Positions 1 to 8,592 are shown, counted from the first letter of the stretch. The stretch is 32,000 bases of DNA from Ruminococcus albus 7 = DSM 20455 (GCF_000179635.2 NC_014833.1:2610001-2642000), one strand, 5' to 3'. Made by a program: numbers and translations. The notes: generated by a model not told the origin, from the sequence alone.

Positions 1-429
1 ACGCTCGTTAAGAAATCCGAGTGCCGCAAGGTGAGGTGCATGGTATGTCACCAAGCCCGTTTTTGCATAAACGGCATTAAGTAAAGCTGTTATATCCGAA
101 TATCCGCAAAGTATCTTCGGATTTGCTCTTATCAGCTCATAATCAAGATACGGCAATATTTCATTTGCATTAAATCCACCGATACAAGCCATTACTGCCT
201 TGACGTTTTTATCTGCAAATGCTTCATGTATATCATCGACACGAGAGCGAATAGACGAAGATAAAAACATATTAGTTTCTCTGCAATTTTTGGAAAAGGT
301 TATATTGAAGCCCTTGTCCTTCAGAAAAGTGAATGCGCTGTCATAAATATCAGGACGAACTCTCGTCAAACTGCTTGACGGAGCGATAATGCGAATCTCA
401 TCTTCTGGGTTCAATTTTTGGGGTATCAT
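1..429 (-). CDS. LD-carboxypeptidase (peptidase S66, LdcA/MccF-like), N-terminal part; C-terminus lies beyond the window edge
   Basis: Not in the ORF track because it runs off the edge. My translation from ATG 429..427 reads MIPQKLNPEDEIRIIAPSSS...MACIGGFNANEILPYLDYELI...LCGYSDITALLNAVYAKTG. GYSDITAL matches the S66 nucleophile-Ser motif. 429 nt is in frame with position 1. Confidence 0.75.
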   Translation of the reverse strand, partial: MIPQKLNPEDEIRIIAPSSSLTRVRPDIYDSAFTFLKDKGFNITFSKNCRETNMFLSSSIRSRVDDIHEAFADKNVKAVMACIGGFNANEILPYLDYELIRANPKILCGYSDITALLNAVYAKTGLVTYHAPHLAALGFLNER

Positions 430-485
430 TCTGCCACCGCCTTATTAAATTCCGATTTATACCAGTCCCTTCTGGCTCTATTTCT

Positions 486-514
486 ATTATATCACACCAA
501 AACAGAAAAAACAA
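486..514 (-). promoter_or_regulatory. Putative sigma-70 type promoter for the LD-carboxypeptidase gene (TTGTTT-17-TATAAT with extended TG)
   Basis: The minus strand reads ttgttt-N17-tgaTATAAT, about 55 nt upstream of the ATG. Confidence 0.4.
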
Positions 515-678
515 GCATAAACCCAAAGGTTCACACTTGCTTTTTGCGGAGTTACCAGTTCTTTGTTTCCTTTTCGCTGCGATTATTCTTCTTGCGTTCC
601 TCGACCATTTTCACGAACCACTCCACCATTGCAGGATAAATGCCATTGTCAAGCCTGTCACCTATCATCTCCGAATTA

Positions 679-1137
679 TCAAGAGTGTTTCTCCCATATT
701 GCTTTAATCACTTCTTTATCATTCTCACACAAATTTTCCGGGAGTTCTCCTTTAGCAAAAAATTGAAGCCGTAGGACTTCCTCTTCCTGTCGCTTTAAAT
801 TTCCCTCATATGACCTGCAAACAAAGTTAATGTCCAATGCATACACTTCATCTCCATTGGGATAGGTAAAGTGACATTTTTCGCCCGACTGCATATTGTA
901 AAATTGCAAATCCTTTACACACAAGCCTGTTTCTTCCAAGCACTCACGTCTGGCAGCCTCTTCCGGTGTCTCCCCCAGTTCCATACTGCCTGCGGGTACA
1001 CACCATGTACCGTCATCTGTTCGCTGCTCCAACAAAACCCGGTCTTGCTCATCAAAGATAAACACTCCACATCCCACCATTTGAAGCGGTCTGTGACCAA
1101 CACCTTCTATTTTTCTAAGATCTAATATATAACCCAT
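679..1137 (-). CDS. NUDIX hydrolase
   Basis: 152-aa ORF with Nudix box GSMELGETPEEAARRECLEETGL. GGGAGAG SD lies 6 nt before the ATG. Confidence 0.85.
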   Translation of the reverse strand: MGYILDLRKIEGVGHRPLQMVGCGVFIFDEQDRVLLEQRTDDGTWCVPAGSMELGETPEEAARRECLEETGLCVKDLQFYNMQSGEKCHFTYPNGDEVYALDINFVCRSYEGNLKRQEEEVLRLQFFAKGELPENLCENDKEVIKAIWEKHS

Positions 1138-1192
1138 TCTATTCTCTCCCTTAGATTAACATTGCTTTTTTTACAGTCATTCAGCTTTCATA

Positions 1193-1651
1193 TCAAACCC
1201 CATATATCTCATATTTATCAGCCGTTGTCGATCTCGGCACATAATCGCTCTTGCCAAGCACATTAGCCTTGTCAGTGATATACGCCCGAAGTATCTCCCT
1301 GCTCATATTCGTAATATCCTCACGCTCTACTGCTTCCTCGGCGGGCAAAAGCAGCACCTCGTTATTCTCATAGCCGTCCGACTTTGGTTCACCGCTTACA
1401 TACTCCAAAGTGAACACCACACACCACTGCTCGGGCTTGAACTGCACCGAGAATACGGCTTTGGTTTTTGCGCTCACGCCTGTTTCTTCCAGCACCTCAC
1501 GCTCGATCGCTTTTGAGGGCAGCTCGCCCTCCTGCACATAACCTCCCGGAACGAGTATCCTCCCCTCGGCAGTACCGTAGGTGTGGCGGACGAGCAGGAT
1601 TTTCCCGTTTATCTCGACTATGCCGCATACTGTGAAATACTTGTTATTCAT
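1193..1651 (-). CDS. NUDIX hydrolase (second, distinct copy)
   Basis: Nudix box GGYVQEGELPSKAIEREVLEETGV. The track ORF starts at a TTG (1672). I prefer the ATG at 1651 (MNNKYF...), which is preceded by TGGAGA. Confidence 0.85.
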   Translation of the reverse strand: MNNKYFTVCGIVEINGKILLVRHTYGTAEGRILVPGGYVQEGELPSKAIEREVLEETGVSAKTKAVFSVQFKPEQWCVVFTLEYVSGEPKSDGYENNEVLLLPAEEAVEREDITNMSREILRAYITDKANVLGKSDYVPRSTTADKYEIYGV

Positions 1652-1664
1652 TGCAATTCTCCAA

Positions 1665-2033
1665 TTACTCAAGCAGCCTGCTTTTCATATCCGCAAGCTG
1701 TTCCTCACTTGGTTTGTTGTCATCTGAATACATCTTCTCCATAGGATACCACCATACCGGACCCCTGCCGTTGTTACCGTAGTTCTCAATATCTCCGTTT
1801 ACCCTCGGGAGCAGATGCCAGTGCAGGTGCGCATCACCCATACCAAGCAGCTCATAATTTATCTTCTCCGCACCGAATGCCCTTGACACCGCCTCGGCAA
1901 CGATAGTCATTTCTTCAAGGAACTTTGCCCGCTCTGTCGGGTCAAGGTGGAACAGCTCGGTCTTGTCTCCGTGGTGCTTGTAGAGGAACAGTGTGTAGCC
2001 GTGAAAAAGCTGATTATCGCATATCAGGCACAT
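1665..2033 (-). CDS. HIT (histidine triad) family nucleotide hydrolase/transferase
   Basis: 122-aa ORF with histidine triad AHLHWHLLPR. Its stop is 14 nt upstream of the downstream Nudix ATG. Confidence 0.8.
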   Translation of the reverse strand: MCLICDNQLFHGYTLFLYKHHGDKTELFHLDPTERAKFLEEMTIVAEAVSRAFGAEKINYELLGMGDAHLHWHLLPRVNGDIENYGNNGRGPVWWYPMEKMYSDDNKPSEEQLADMKSRLLE

Positions 2034-2259
2034 TTAAGACCTCCTCAAATCCGATCAATAACGGTGTGATCTTTCGTATATCCATTTTTGTATCATTCCT
2101 ATGCATGGCGATATTTATATCTATAATTATAGCAGATAGGATAAGATAAGTCAATTGGCAGATAACAAACAGAATCGGAATAAGATAAAACGGGATATGC
2201 CTTTCATCAAAAAAGCATGACCCGTTATTATCAAAAGATATAACTGTTTTCATATACAC
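2014..2259 (-). CDS. Hypothetical small membrane protein (weak call)
   Basis: 81-aa ORF with a hydrophobic core (IPFYLIPILFVICQLTYLILSAIII). No convincing SD. It overlaps the HIT gene start by 20 nt. Confidence 0.3.
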   Translation of the reverse strand: MYMKTVISFDNNGSCFFDERHIPFYLIPILFVICQLTYLILSAIIIDINIAMHRNDTKMDIRKITPLLIGFEEVLNVPDMR

Positions 2260-2293
2260 CGCAATATCGACTATACATACCGTAACTTTTCGT

Positions 2294-2860
2294 TTAGTGG
2301 GAGTGCCGCAATTGGTACCTCCATATACAAAAGATCAGGAAAACCCATATAGCATCCCAGAAGGCCCCGAAGATGATGATAAATACCATCATTACCGAAT
2401 CACCAAGATTCTTGACATAATGATCTTCAGGGTCATCAGGATCACATCTGACTTTGATCTCCTGTCCTTTTTTGATCTTGTGTGTAGTTGTAATTCTGTC
2501 AGTGAAAGCTTCGCCATTGTATTCAAAAGTATAATTGGCTGAATAATCATATCTTGTATAACGGGTCCCCTTGCCGGTTCTGCTTCTTACTTTTTGTACA
2601 GATACATCCGTGACTATCACGCCCTTAACTTCGGCTGAGCAGGCTTTCCGATGCGAGATCTCGAATATACCCATTTTTATCATAGCTGCTCCGAATATCA
2701 GAAATGGCAGGAAACAGACAGAAGCGATGATCACCTTCTTGACAGGTGAGATCTTTTTTCGCTGTTCTGCGGGTCCGGAAACTTTTGCTTTTTTCGGGGT
2801 CTGTTGGTTGCAGCGGTAATTTTGTGTCTTTTGATTTTTCTTGTTTTTCTTTTTATTCAA
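2294..2860 (-). CDS. DUF3592-like membrane protein (Lys-rich N-terminus, TM, beta-rich domain, TM)
   Basis: Architecture is TM - VKGVIVTDVSVQKV...YDYSANYTFEYNGEAF...IKVRCDPDDPEDHYV - TM. The track ORF begins at TTG 2899. TTG 2860 follows AAGGAGA by 6 nt, so the start is uncertain. Confidence 0.6.
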   Translation of the reverse strand: MNKKKNKKNQKTQNYRCNQQTPKKAKVSGPAEQRKKISPVKKVIIASVCFLPFLIFGAAMIKMGIFEISHRKACSAEVKGVIVTDVSVQKVRSRTGKGTRYTRYDYSANYTFEYNGEAFTDRITTTHKIKKGQEIKVRCDPDDPEDHYVKNLGDSVMMVFIIIFGAFWDAIWVFLIFCIWRYQLRHSH

Positions 2861-2990
2861 CTTGGTTCTCCTTGTCTTTCTATCCTCAATTGCTATCAAA
2901 AATTATGTTGTTGCCCTGACAATAATTATTAATAACGATCATCCCTTTACTGCACCACTACAACGTGCTGTAAATATCGTGTTAACGTTA

Positions 2991-3019
2991 TTCTCCCCCC
3001 GACTGCGTCGGGAGGAGAA
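2991..3019. terminator. Strong 13-bp hairpin between the dockerin gene and the DUF3592 gene
   Basis: ttctcccccCGAC tgc GTCGggaggagaa forms a 13-bp stem (one G-U) with a 3-nt loop. There is no clean U-tract on either side. Confidence 0.5.
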
Positions 3020-3057
3020 TAATAGCCTTAGTATTTCATGTTCCGATAAAGCACTGA

Positions 3058-4317
3058 TCAATCCGGTATGTCAGTGGGATCAGTATATTCCGGATCGATA
3101 AGCAGTCTCCTGCCCTTGATATGTGCTGCAAGCTTTGAAAGATCGGTGATATCCGTCTTTCCGTCGCTGTTGAGATCTGCAGCTGTGGTGTCGGGGAGTT
3201 TTCTCCTGCCCTTGATGTGGGCTGCAAGGAGCGAAAGATCTGTAACATTGACCATACCGTCATTGTTCAGGTCACCGACTATTTTTTCAAGGGCTTCGAT
3301 CTCGGTGTAGAACACACCGCCATTAGTTATATCGTTACCCAGATATTGAACCTTTTTGCCGTTTACAGTGGCTTCAAACTTCTTTGAAAAAAGACTGCCG
3401 TTTGCAGGGGAAAGCCTGAACTTAAGACCGTAGACCTTCCCTGCCGTGAATTTATCGACCTCGCCGAATTCGTTGAGTGAATCCAGTTCAGTCCACTCCA
3501 TATCACTTATCTCGACACCATCGGGGATCTTGCCGAACCATTCCTTGGGGTCGGTTGAAGTTTTTCTGCCATCGCGGGGTATTTTAAGGGTCATGTCGGC
3601 TTTTTTGGTTCTCGGGTCGCCGATTATCTTTATATATCCGTTATATATGCCCTTGGTGAACACGAATGTCATCTGGGCTTTTTCAGCATAGTCACGATTA
3701 TTACCCATAAAAGTATCACATACTACACCATCATCGACGTATGACATACCGATAGGGTAAAGTTCCCCGGGTTCAGCATCTTCGGGTACACGGAAATCTA
3801 TCGTAAAAAGGCTTGCCTTTTCGATAGGTACTGCTGTGTCGGAATAGGCATAGAACGCCAGCTGACCTTCCTCCACCATTGCAGAACCTGTGGTAAATCC
3901 TTCCACAGCTTTACCGGGGGTTATCAGTTCGCCCTTGTAGTTTTCAACGACCTTCAGTCTGGTGTCATAGAAGATATGGAATTTCATTGTGCTTACAGGG
4001 GTTTCAACACCCAGCAGACTGAAATATACCCTCTGCACCTTGCCGTGCGCGTATTCGGGTTCAAGACCTATCTTGTCGGCAAATAACATTACCCAGCCGT
4101 CAAAATCCCGCGGATCGATCTTCGGGGTGTTCCAAGAAGGCGGCTGTATCCAGTAGGAACTGTCATACTTTACTTCCTTGTCGTCCTGTTTGTTGAAATA
4201 GTTTTCATAAGGCGCCGCCTTTGCACTGACAGCAGTATACGGCAGGAATAATACCAATGTCAGCGCCATAATAAGTGCCGTTAAAAAGCTCAATGATCTT
4301 TCAATTTTTTCCTCCAA
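3058..4317 (-). CDS. Secreted dockerin-containing protein with a cohesin-like beta domain
   Basis: Signal-like N-terminus (LTALIMALTLVLFLPYTAVSAKA). C-terminal duplicated dockerin segments are GDLNNDGMVNVTDLSLLAAHIKG and ADLNSDGKTDITDLSKLAAHIKG. The start is ambiguous: TTG 4317 lacks an SD, and a GGAGGA lies inside the first codons. Confidence 0.85.
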   Translation of the reverse strand: MEEKIERSLSFLTALIMALTLVLFLPYTAVSAKAAPYENYFNKQDDKEVKYDSSYWIQPPSWNTPKIDPRDFDGWVMLFADKIGLEPEYAHGKVQRVYFSLLGVETPVSTMKFHIFYDTRLKVVENYKGELITPGKAVEGFTTGSAMVEEGQLAFYAYSDTAVPIEKASLFTIDFRVPEDAEPGELYPIGMSYVDDGVVCDTFMGNNRDYAEKAQMTFVFTKGIYNGYIKIIGDPRTKKADMTLKIPRDGRKTSTDPKEWFGKIPDGVEISDMEWTELDSLNEFGEVDKFTAGKVYGLKFRLSPANGSLFSKKFEATVNGKKVQYLGNDITNGGVFYTEIEALEKIVGDLNNDGMVNVTDLSLLAAHIKGRRKLPDTTAADLNSDGKTDITDLSKLAAHIKGRRLLIDPEYTDPTDIPD

Positions 4318-4354
4318 TAGAAACAGAGTTTTACGGACGTATTATTATGGCTAA

Positions 4355-4383
4355 ATTATATAACATATTTTTCCTGATGTCAA
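4355..4383 (-). promoter_or_regulatory. Consensus promoter TTGACA-17-TATAAT for the dockerin gene
   Basis: The minus strand reads cattgaca tcaggaaaaatatgtta tataat. Confidence 0.6.
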
Positions 4384-4408
4384 TGAATTAGCGTATTATT
4401 GTAAGAAA

Positions 4409-5914
4409 TCACCTATTTTCGTCTGCTTTAATTATGCTTCTTCCCACCGCTTTTTTCCAGCCGCCGATGAGTTCTTTTCGCTTATCATCTGTCATGGCGG
4501 GGATAAATTCGCGGAATTTCTGAGAGATGCGGTTGAGGTCTTCGCGGTTCTGCCACATACCGCAGTGAAGTCCTGCAAGGAATGCGGCACCTGCGGCGGT
4601 GGATTCGATATTGCGGGGACGTATCATGCTTCTGCCAAGGATATCAGCCTGAAACTGCATCAGGAAATCGTTCTGTGATGCGCCGCCGTCAACCTTGATA
4701 AGCCCGAGGGCTGAGGTGTCTTCCTCCATGGCTTTTATGACATCTGCTGTCTGGTAGGCTATGGCTTCAAGGGCGGCACGAACGATATGGGCGCGTCCGG
4801 AACCCCTGGTAAGTCCGCAGATAACGCCGCGTGCATCGCTGTCCCAGTAGGGGGTGCCAAGACCCACGAATGCGGGTACGAAGTATACTCCGCCGTTATC
4901 GGGTACGCTTTCGGCTATGGCGGCAGTCTCCTCCGCGGTGGAGATTATGCAGAGTTCGTCCCTCAGCCATTTTATCACCGCACCCGATACAAACACAGAA
5001 CCCTCCAGCGCATAGGTGACTTTTCCGCCGATGCCCCATGCGATAGTGGTCAGCAGACCGTTGGCGCTTTCAACACATTCGTCCCCTGTGTTCATCAGCA
5101 GGAATCCGCCTGTGCCATAGGTGTTCTTTACATCGCCTTTGAGGAAACAGCACTGTCCGAAAAGTGCCGCCTGCTGGTCGCCTGCACAGCCGCAAATGGG
5201 TATCTCGGCACCTATCAGCGACTTGTCGGTAATACCGAAATCCCCCGAGGAATCCCTTACATCGGGGAGGATATTTTCGGGTATGCCGAGAAGACCCAGT
5301 ATCTCCTTATCCCATTGCAGAGTATGGATATTGAAAAGCATGGTGCGGGAGGCGTTGGTATAGTCGGTGGCATGGACTTTTCTGCCTGTGAGGTTCCATA
5401 TCAGCCATGTATCCACCGTTCCGAAGAGGAGTTCGCCCCGCTGCGCTTTTTCGCGGACACCTTCAACGTTATCGAATATCCACTTTATCTTTGTGGCAGA
5501 GAAATAGGGGTCTATAAGCAGACCTGTCTTGCTGCGGAAGAATTTTTCAAGCCCCTGTTCGGCAAAACGCGAGCAGGTCTCGGCGGTGCGGCGACACTGC
5601 CAAACTATTGCGTTGTATACAGGTTCGCCTGTGTTTTTATCCCATATCATGGTAGTCTCGCGCTGGTTGGTCACACCGATGGCGGCTATCTCGGATATAT
5701 CCTCGCCGTTGGCAGTGAGGTAGGAGGTGCAGTCGTTGACGGCGCGAAGCTGGGAATCGAGTATATCCTTGGGGTCATGTTCCACCCAGCCAGCTTTCGG
5801 GAATATCTGGGGGAATTCGTACTGTGCTGAAAATACCTTTGCACCGTTTCTGTCAAAAAGCACTGCACGTGAAGAAGTTGTCCCCTGATCCAGGGAAAGT
5901 ATATATTTTTTCAT
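4409..5914 (-). CDS. glpK: Glycerol kinase
   Basis: 501 aa. N-terminus [21 protein letters not shown] is typical of FGGY-family GlpK, and the full length looks like GlpK. Confidence 0.97.
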   Translation of the reverse strand: MKKYILSLDQGTTSSRAVLFDRNGAKVFSAQYEFPQIFPKAGWVEHDPKDILDSQLRAVNDCTSYLTANGEDISEIAAIGVTNQRETTMIWDKNTGEPVYNAIVWQCRRTAETCSRFAEQGLEKFFRSKTGLLIDPYFSATKIKWIFDNVEGVREKAQRGELLFGTVDTWLIWNLTGRKVHATDYTNASRTMLFNIHTLQWDKEILGLLGIPENILPDVRDSSGDFGITDKSLIGAEIPICGCAGDQQAALFGQCCFLKGDVKNTYGTGGFLLMNTGDECVESANGLLTTIAWGIGGKVTYALEGSVFVSGAVIKWLRDELCIISTAEETAAIAESVPDNGGVYFVPAFVGLGTPYWDSDARGVICGLTRGSGRAHIVRAALEAIAYQTADVIKAMEEDTSALGLIKVDGGASQNDFLMQFQADILGRSMIRPRNIESTAAGAAFLAGLHCGMWQNREDLNRISQKFREFIPAMTDDKRKELIGGWKKAVGRSIIKADENR

Positions 5915-6031
5915 AATTTATCATCCTTTCGTTTAATAGTAGACCACATATAAATTTTCACTTTGACCGATCACAGCTGTGGTCGGGGTAAGTACGAAAA
6001 TTTATGTCGTTAACTGTAATACCTTTTGTAT

Positions 6032-6060
6032 ATGATACTGCAAAAAGCGTAAGTTGTCAA
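6032..6060 (-). promoter_or_regulatory. Promoter TTGACA-17-TATCAT for glpK
   Basis: The minus strand reads agTTGACAacttacgctttttgcagTATCATatac. The leader contains a CCGAUCACAG/CUGUGGUCGG hairpin at about 5965-5990. Confidence 0.5.
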
Positions 6061-6494
6061 CTGTGACTTTGTCTGATGTTTATAATTAAAAAGGGTGTGC
6101 TGTCGCCAAACGTATTATGCATCCTGAAATCATATGAGCCCGCGGAGGTACTGAGTCCCCTGAGTGTAAAATGCGATATACTACTCACACGGGTATTGTC
6201 AAGATTCTGAAATATCCCCCTTTATACAGTATGACACGCACCTCATATCCCGTAGTCATATTCGGTGCTGCCTGCCATCGTGCGCATAAGCGGGAGAATT
6301 ATCAGGGGACAAAGCTTTATCCAACATCCGCACCCACGTACCCCGATGGCGATAGTGTCGGCTGCGTTTACATCGTTTCACGCTTCGCAAACTCGGTCAG
6401 TATCACGGTCGGGCATCGCAGTGTCGGAAGTGGCTTTGTGCTGTTTGTCGGGCATTAAAAATTTATGCCTTTCTACTATCAGCGATTTCAGGCG

Positions 6495-6522
6495 AAAAGT
6501 TGTACGTTTTTGTACAACTTTT
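6495..6522. repeat. Perfect inverted repeat AAAAGTTGTAC-N6-GTACAACTTTT
   Basis: 11-bp arms at 6495-6505 and 6512-6522 with loop gttttt. Neither strand has an adjacent U-tract. Confidence 0.9.
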
Positions 6523-6695
6523 GCAGAAATATGTCTGAGTTAAATATAAAATCATTTGTTTATACAACTTCCGCGTGCGATCTGTGTGCAGTTCTCACAT
6601 AAATCTAATGGTAAATTTTAGGAGGCTGTCAGCTGTGTCCATACGCAAGGAAACTCTGTTTCAGGGTAAAAAAACGGACTTCTGATTTTTGGGGC

Positions 6696-6724
6696 TTTAC
6701 ATTTTTATTATGAGATGTTATAAT
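6696..6724 (+). promoter_or_regulatory. Promoter TTTACA-17-TATAAT for the Dabb-radA operon
   Basis: tttaca (6696-6701), a 17-nt spacer, then tataat (6719-6724). Confidence 0.6.
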
Positions 6725-6756
6725 GGTTGCAGTAACGATCTGAGGAGGTCAAAAAA

Positions 6757-7047
6757 ATGATAAGACACATTTGTATGTTCAAACTTAAAAACGAAAACAA
6801 GGACGCGCTGATAAAGGAATTCTGCGAGAGGGCTGAAAGCCTGAAAGCTATCCCTCAGCTGAAAAGATACGAGGTAGTATACAACGACAAGAGAACTCCC
6901 GACAGCAACTATGATGTTTCGCTGATATTCGATTTTGACAGCGTTGAAGACCTTAACGCTTATCAGACTTCCGATACACATATAAACTTCGGCAAATTCG
7001 TGGCGACCGTAAAGGAAGAAAGAGCCTGCATCGACTACGAATTCTGA
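6757..7047 (+). CDS. Dabb (stress-responsive alpha/beta-barrel) family protein
   Basis: 96 aa. MIRHICMFKLK...ALIKEF...LKAIPQLK...SLIFDFDSVEDLNAYQTSDTHINF matches the Dabb pattern. A GAGGAGG SD is present. Confidence 0.85.
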   Translation: MIRHICMFKLKNENKDALIKEFCERAESLKAIPQLKRYEVVYNDKRTPDSNYDVSLIFDFDSVEDLNAYQTSDTHINFGKFVATVKEERACIDYEF

Positions 7048-7055
7048 GGTGAGTG

Positions 7056-8432
7056 ATGGCTAAGGCGAAAAGCGCTTATGTATGCTCGAACTGCGGTTTT
7101 GAAGCAAGCAAGTGGAACGGAAAATGCCCCGAATGCGGCGAATGGAACACCTTTGAAGAGGTGGAGATACAGGTATCTGCGAGAACTGCGGGCAAAAGCA
7201 GGGGTTCGGCTGTAAAGGATATCTCCGACAGCATACTGAACATCGGTGCAGTGGATGCAAGTGTCCGCGAGATACGCTATGACACGGGAATGAATGAACT
7301 CAACAGAGTGCTTGGCGGCGGACTTGTAAAGGGTTCGCTGGTACTTCTGGGCGGTGAACCCGGCATAGGCAAATCCACCATGCTTTTGCAGATATGTCAG
7401 ACCATGGGCGACGACCATACTATATTATATGTATCGGGTGAGGAATCCGCAAGGCAGATAAAGCTGAGGGCTGACAGGCTGGGTGTGGATAACGAGAACC
7501 TCTACCTGCTGGCTGAAACGGACGCTGAAAGCATATGCGCGGCGATAGTCAAGGAAAAGCCCGAGATAGTCATTATCGACTCGATACAGACCATGAGCAT
7601 AAGCGGAATATCCTCGGCGCAGGGGTCGGTGACACAGGTGCGCGAGTGTACCAATATGTTCATGAGGACGGCGAAATCCGAGGAGATACCCATATTCATC
7701 GTGGGTCACGTAAACAAGGACGGCGCTATCGCAGGTCCTAAGGTCATGGAACATATCGTTGACTGCGTGCTGTACTTTGAGGGTCAGAGGAATATGACTT
7801 ACAGGATACTCCGCGCGGTGAAGAACAGATTTGGTTCAACCAATGAGATAGGCGTTTTTGAAATGGCTGACGCGGGACTTCTGGAGGTGGACAACCCCTC
7901 GATGCTGATGCTTGAGGGCAGACCGCTGAACGTTTCGGGCAGCTGTGTAGCCTGCGTAATGGAGGGTTCGCGCCCTATCATGGCGGAGGTTCAGGCACTG
8001 GTATCGAAAAGCAGTACCTCTCAGCCAAAGAGGACGGCTACGGGATTTGACTATTACAGGATGTCCATAATACTGGCGGTGCTTGAAAAGCGGCTGGGGT
8101 ATTTCTTCGGCGGGCTGGACGTATTTATTAATATAGTAGGCGGTCTGAAGCTGGACGATACGGCGGCTGACCTTACAGTGGCTATGGCGCTGTATTCAAG
8201 CGTGACGGACAAGGTGGTTGACGAAAAGACCATCGCACTGGGCGAGATAGGTCTGGGCGGAGAACTCAGGAACATCACCCATGCGGAACAGCGCATACAG
8301 GAAGCCGAGAGAATGGGGTTTGAAAAGGTCATAATCCCCTATTATGCGGCTAAGAAGATAAACGCCGCAAAGTACGGCATAAAGGTCATAGGTGCAAGGT
8401 CGATAAAGGAAGCTTTCAAGGAACTGGGATAA
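7056..8432 (+). CDS. radA: DNA repair protein RadA/Sms
   Basis: C4 zinc finger CSNCGFEASKWNGKCPECGEW, Walker A GGEPGIGKST, the KNRFG motif and a Lon-like C-terminus. ATG 7056 is preferred over GTG 7053. Confidence 0.97.
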   Translation: MAKAKSAYVCSNCGFEASKWNGKCPECGEWNTFEEVEIQVSARTAGKSRGSAVKDISDSILNIGAVDASVREIRYDTGMNELNRVLGGGLVKGSLVLLGGEPGIGKSTMLLQICQTMGDDHTILYVSGEESARQIKLRADRLGVDNENLYLLAETDAESICAAIVKEKPEIVIIDSIQTMSISGISSAQGSVTQVRECTNMFMRTAKSEEIPIFIVGHVNKDGAIAGPKVMEHIVDCVLYFEGQRNMTYRILRAVKNRFGSTNEIGVFEMADAGLLEVDNPSMLMLEGRPLNVSGSCVACVMEGSRPIMAEVQALVSKSSTSQPKRTATGFDYYRMSIILAVLEKRLGYFFGGLDVFINIVGGLKLDDTAADLTVAMALYSSVTDKVVDEKTIALGEIGLGGELRNITHAEQRIQEAERMGFEKVIIPYYAAKKINAAKYGIKVIGARSIKEAFKELG

Positions 8433-8465
8433 AGTGTAAAATTTCTGTTAAGTCACACAGATACC

Positions 8466-8494
8466 TTGACTTTTAATAAGAAGTATGTTATGAT
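8466..8494 (+). promoter_or_regulatory. Promoter TTGACT-17-TATGAT for rplU-prp-rpmA
   Basis: ttgact (8466-8471), a 17-nt spacer, then tatgat (8489-8494). Confidence 0.6.
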
Positions 8495-8499
8495 AATTA

Positions 8500-8592
8500 A
8501 GCCGCATATTTACGGTCTGTTTAAGTGTGTCATGGCGATGCCGCGGCACCACCGTACGTAGCGAGTTCATGAAAAGGCAGGTGCATATAAAG
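8500..8592 (+). promoter_or_regulatory. Candidate L21 ribosomal-protein leader (structured 5' UTR)
   Basis: The position upstream of rplU matches the Firmicute L21-leader context. Nested complementary segments are visible: gccgc...gcggc and tacggt...accgta. No covariance-model check was done. Confidence 0.3.

Noticed and set aside
552-668. 38-aa ORF (MIGDRLDNGIYPAMVEWFVKMVEERKKNNRSEKETKNW) on the minus strand, between the Nudix gene and the LD-carboxypeptidase promoter
   Set aside because: The only SD-like GGAG abuts the ATG with no spacing, and I have no homology I can recall. It could be a gene remnant. It is noted but not called.
4787-5830. 347-aa ORF on the plus strand, plus several shorter ones
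   Set aside because: It lies entirely antisense to glpK, whose product is unmistakable. Its composition is Gly/Ala/Arg-rich nonsense typical of a shadow ORF, and it has no SD.
6171-6543. 95-aa and 92-aa plus-strand ORFs in the long intergenic region
   Set aside because: Neither has a usable SD. They overlap each other in different frames, and their composition (Thr/Ser/His/Arg/Pro-rich) is unlike the real proteins here. The region is treated as non-coding.
8527-8592. N-terminal extension of the rplU ORF ([22 protein letters not shown])
   Set aside because: L21 proteins start [12 protein letters not shown]. The extension overlaps the predicted leader structure and begins only about 33 nt after the -10 box.
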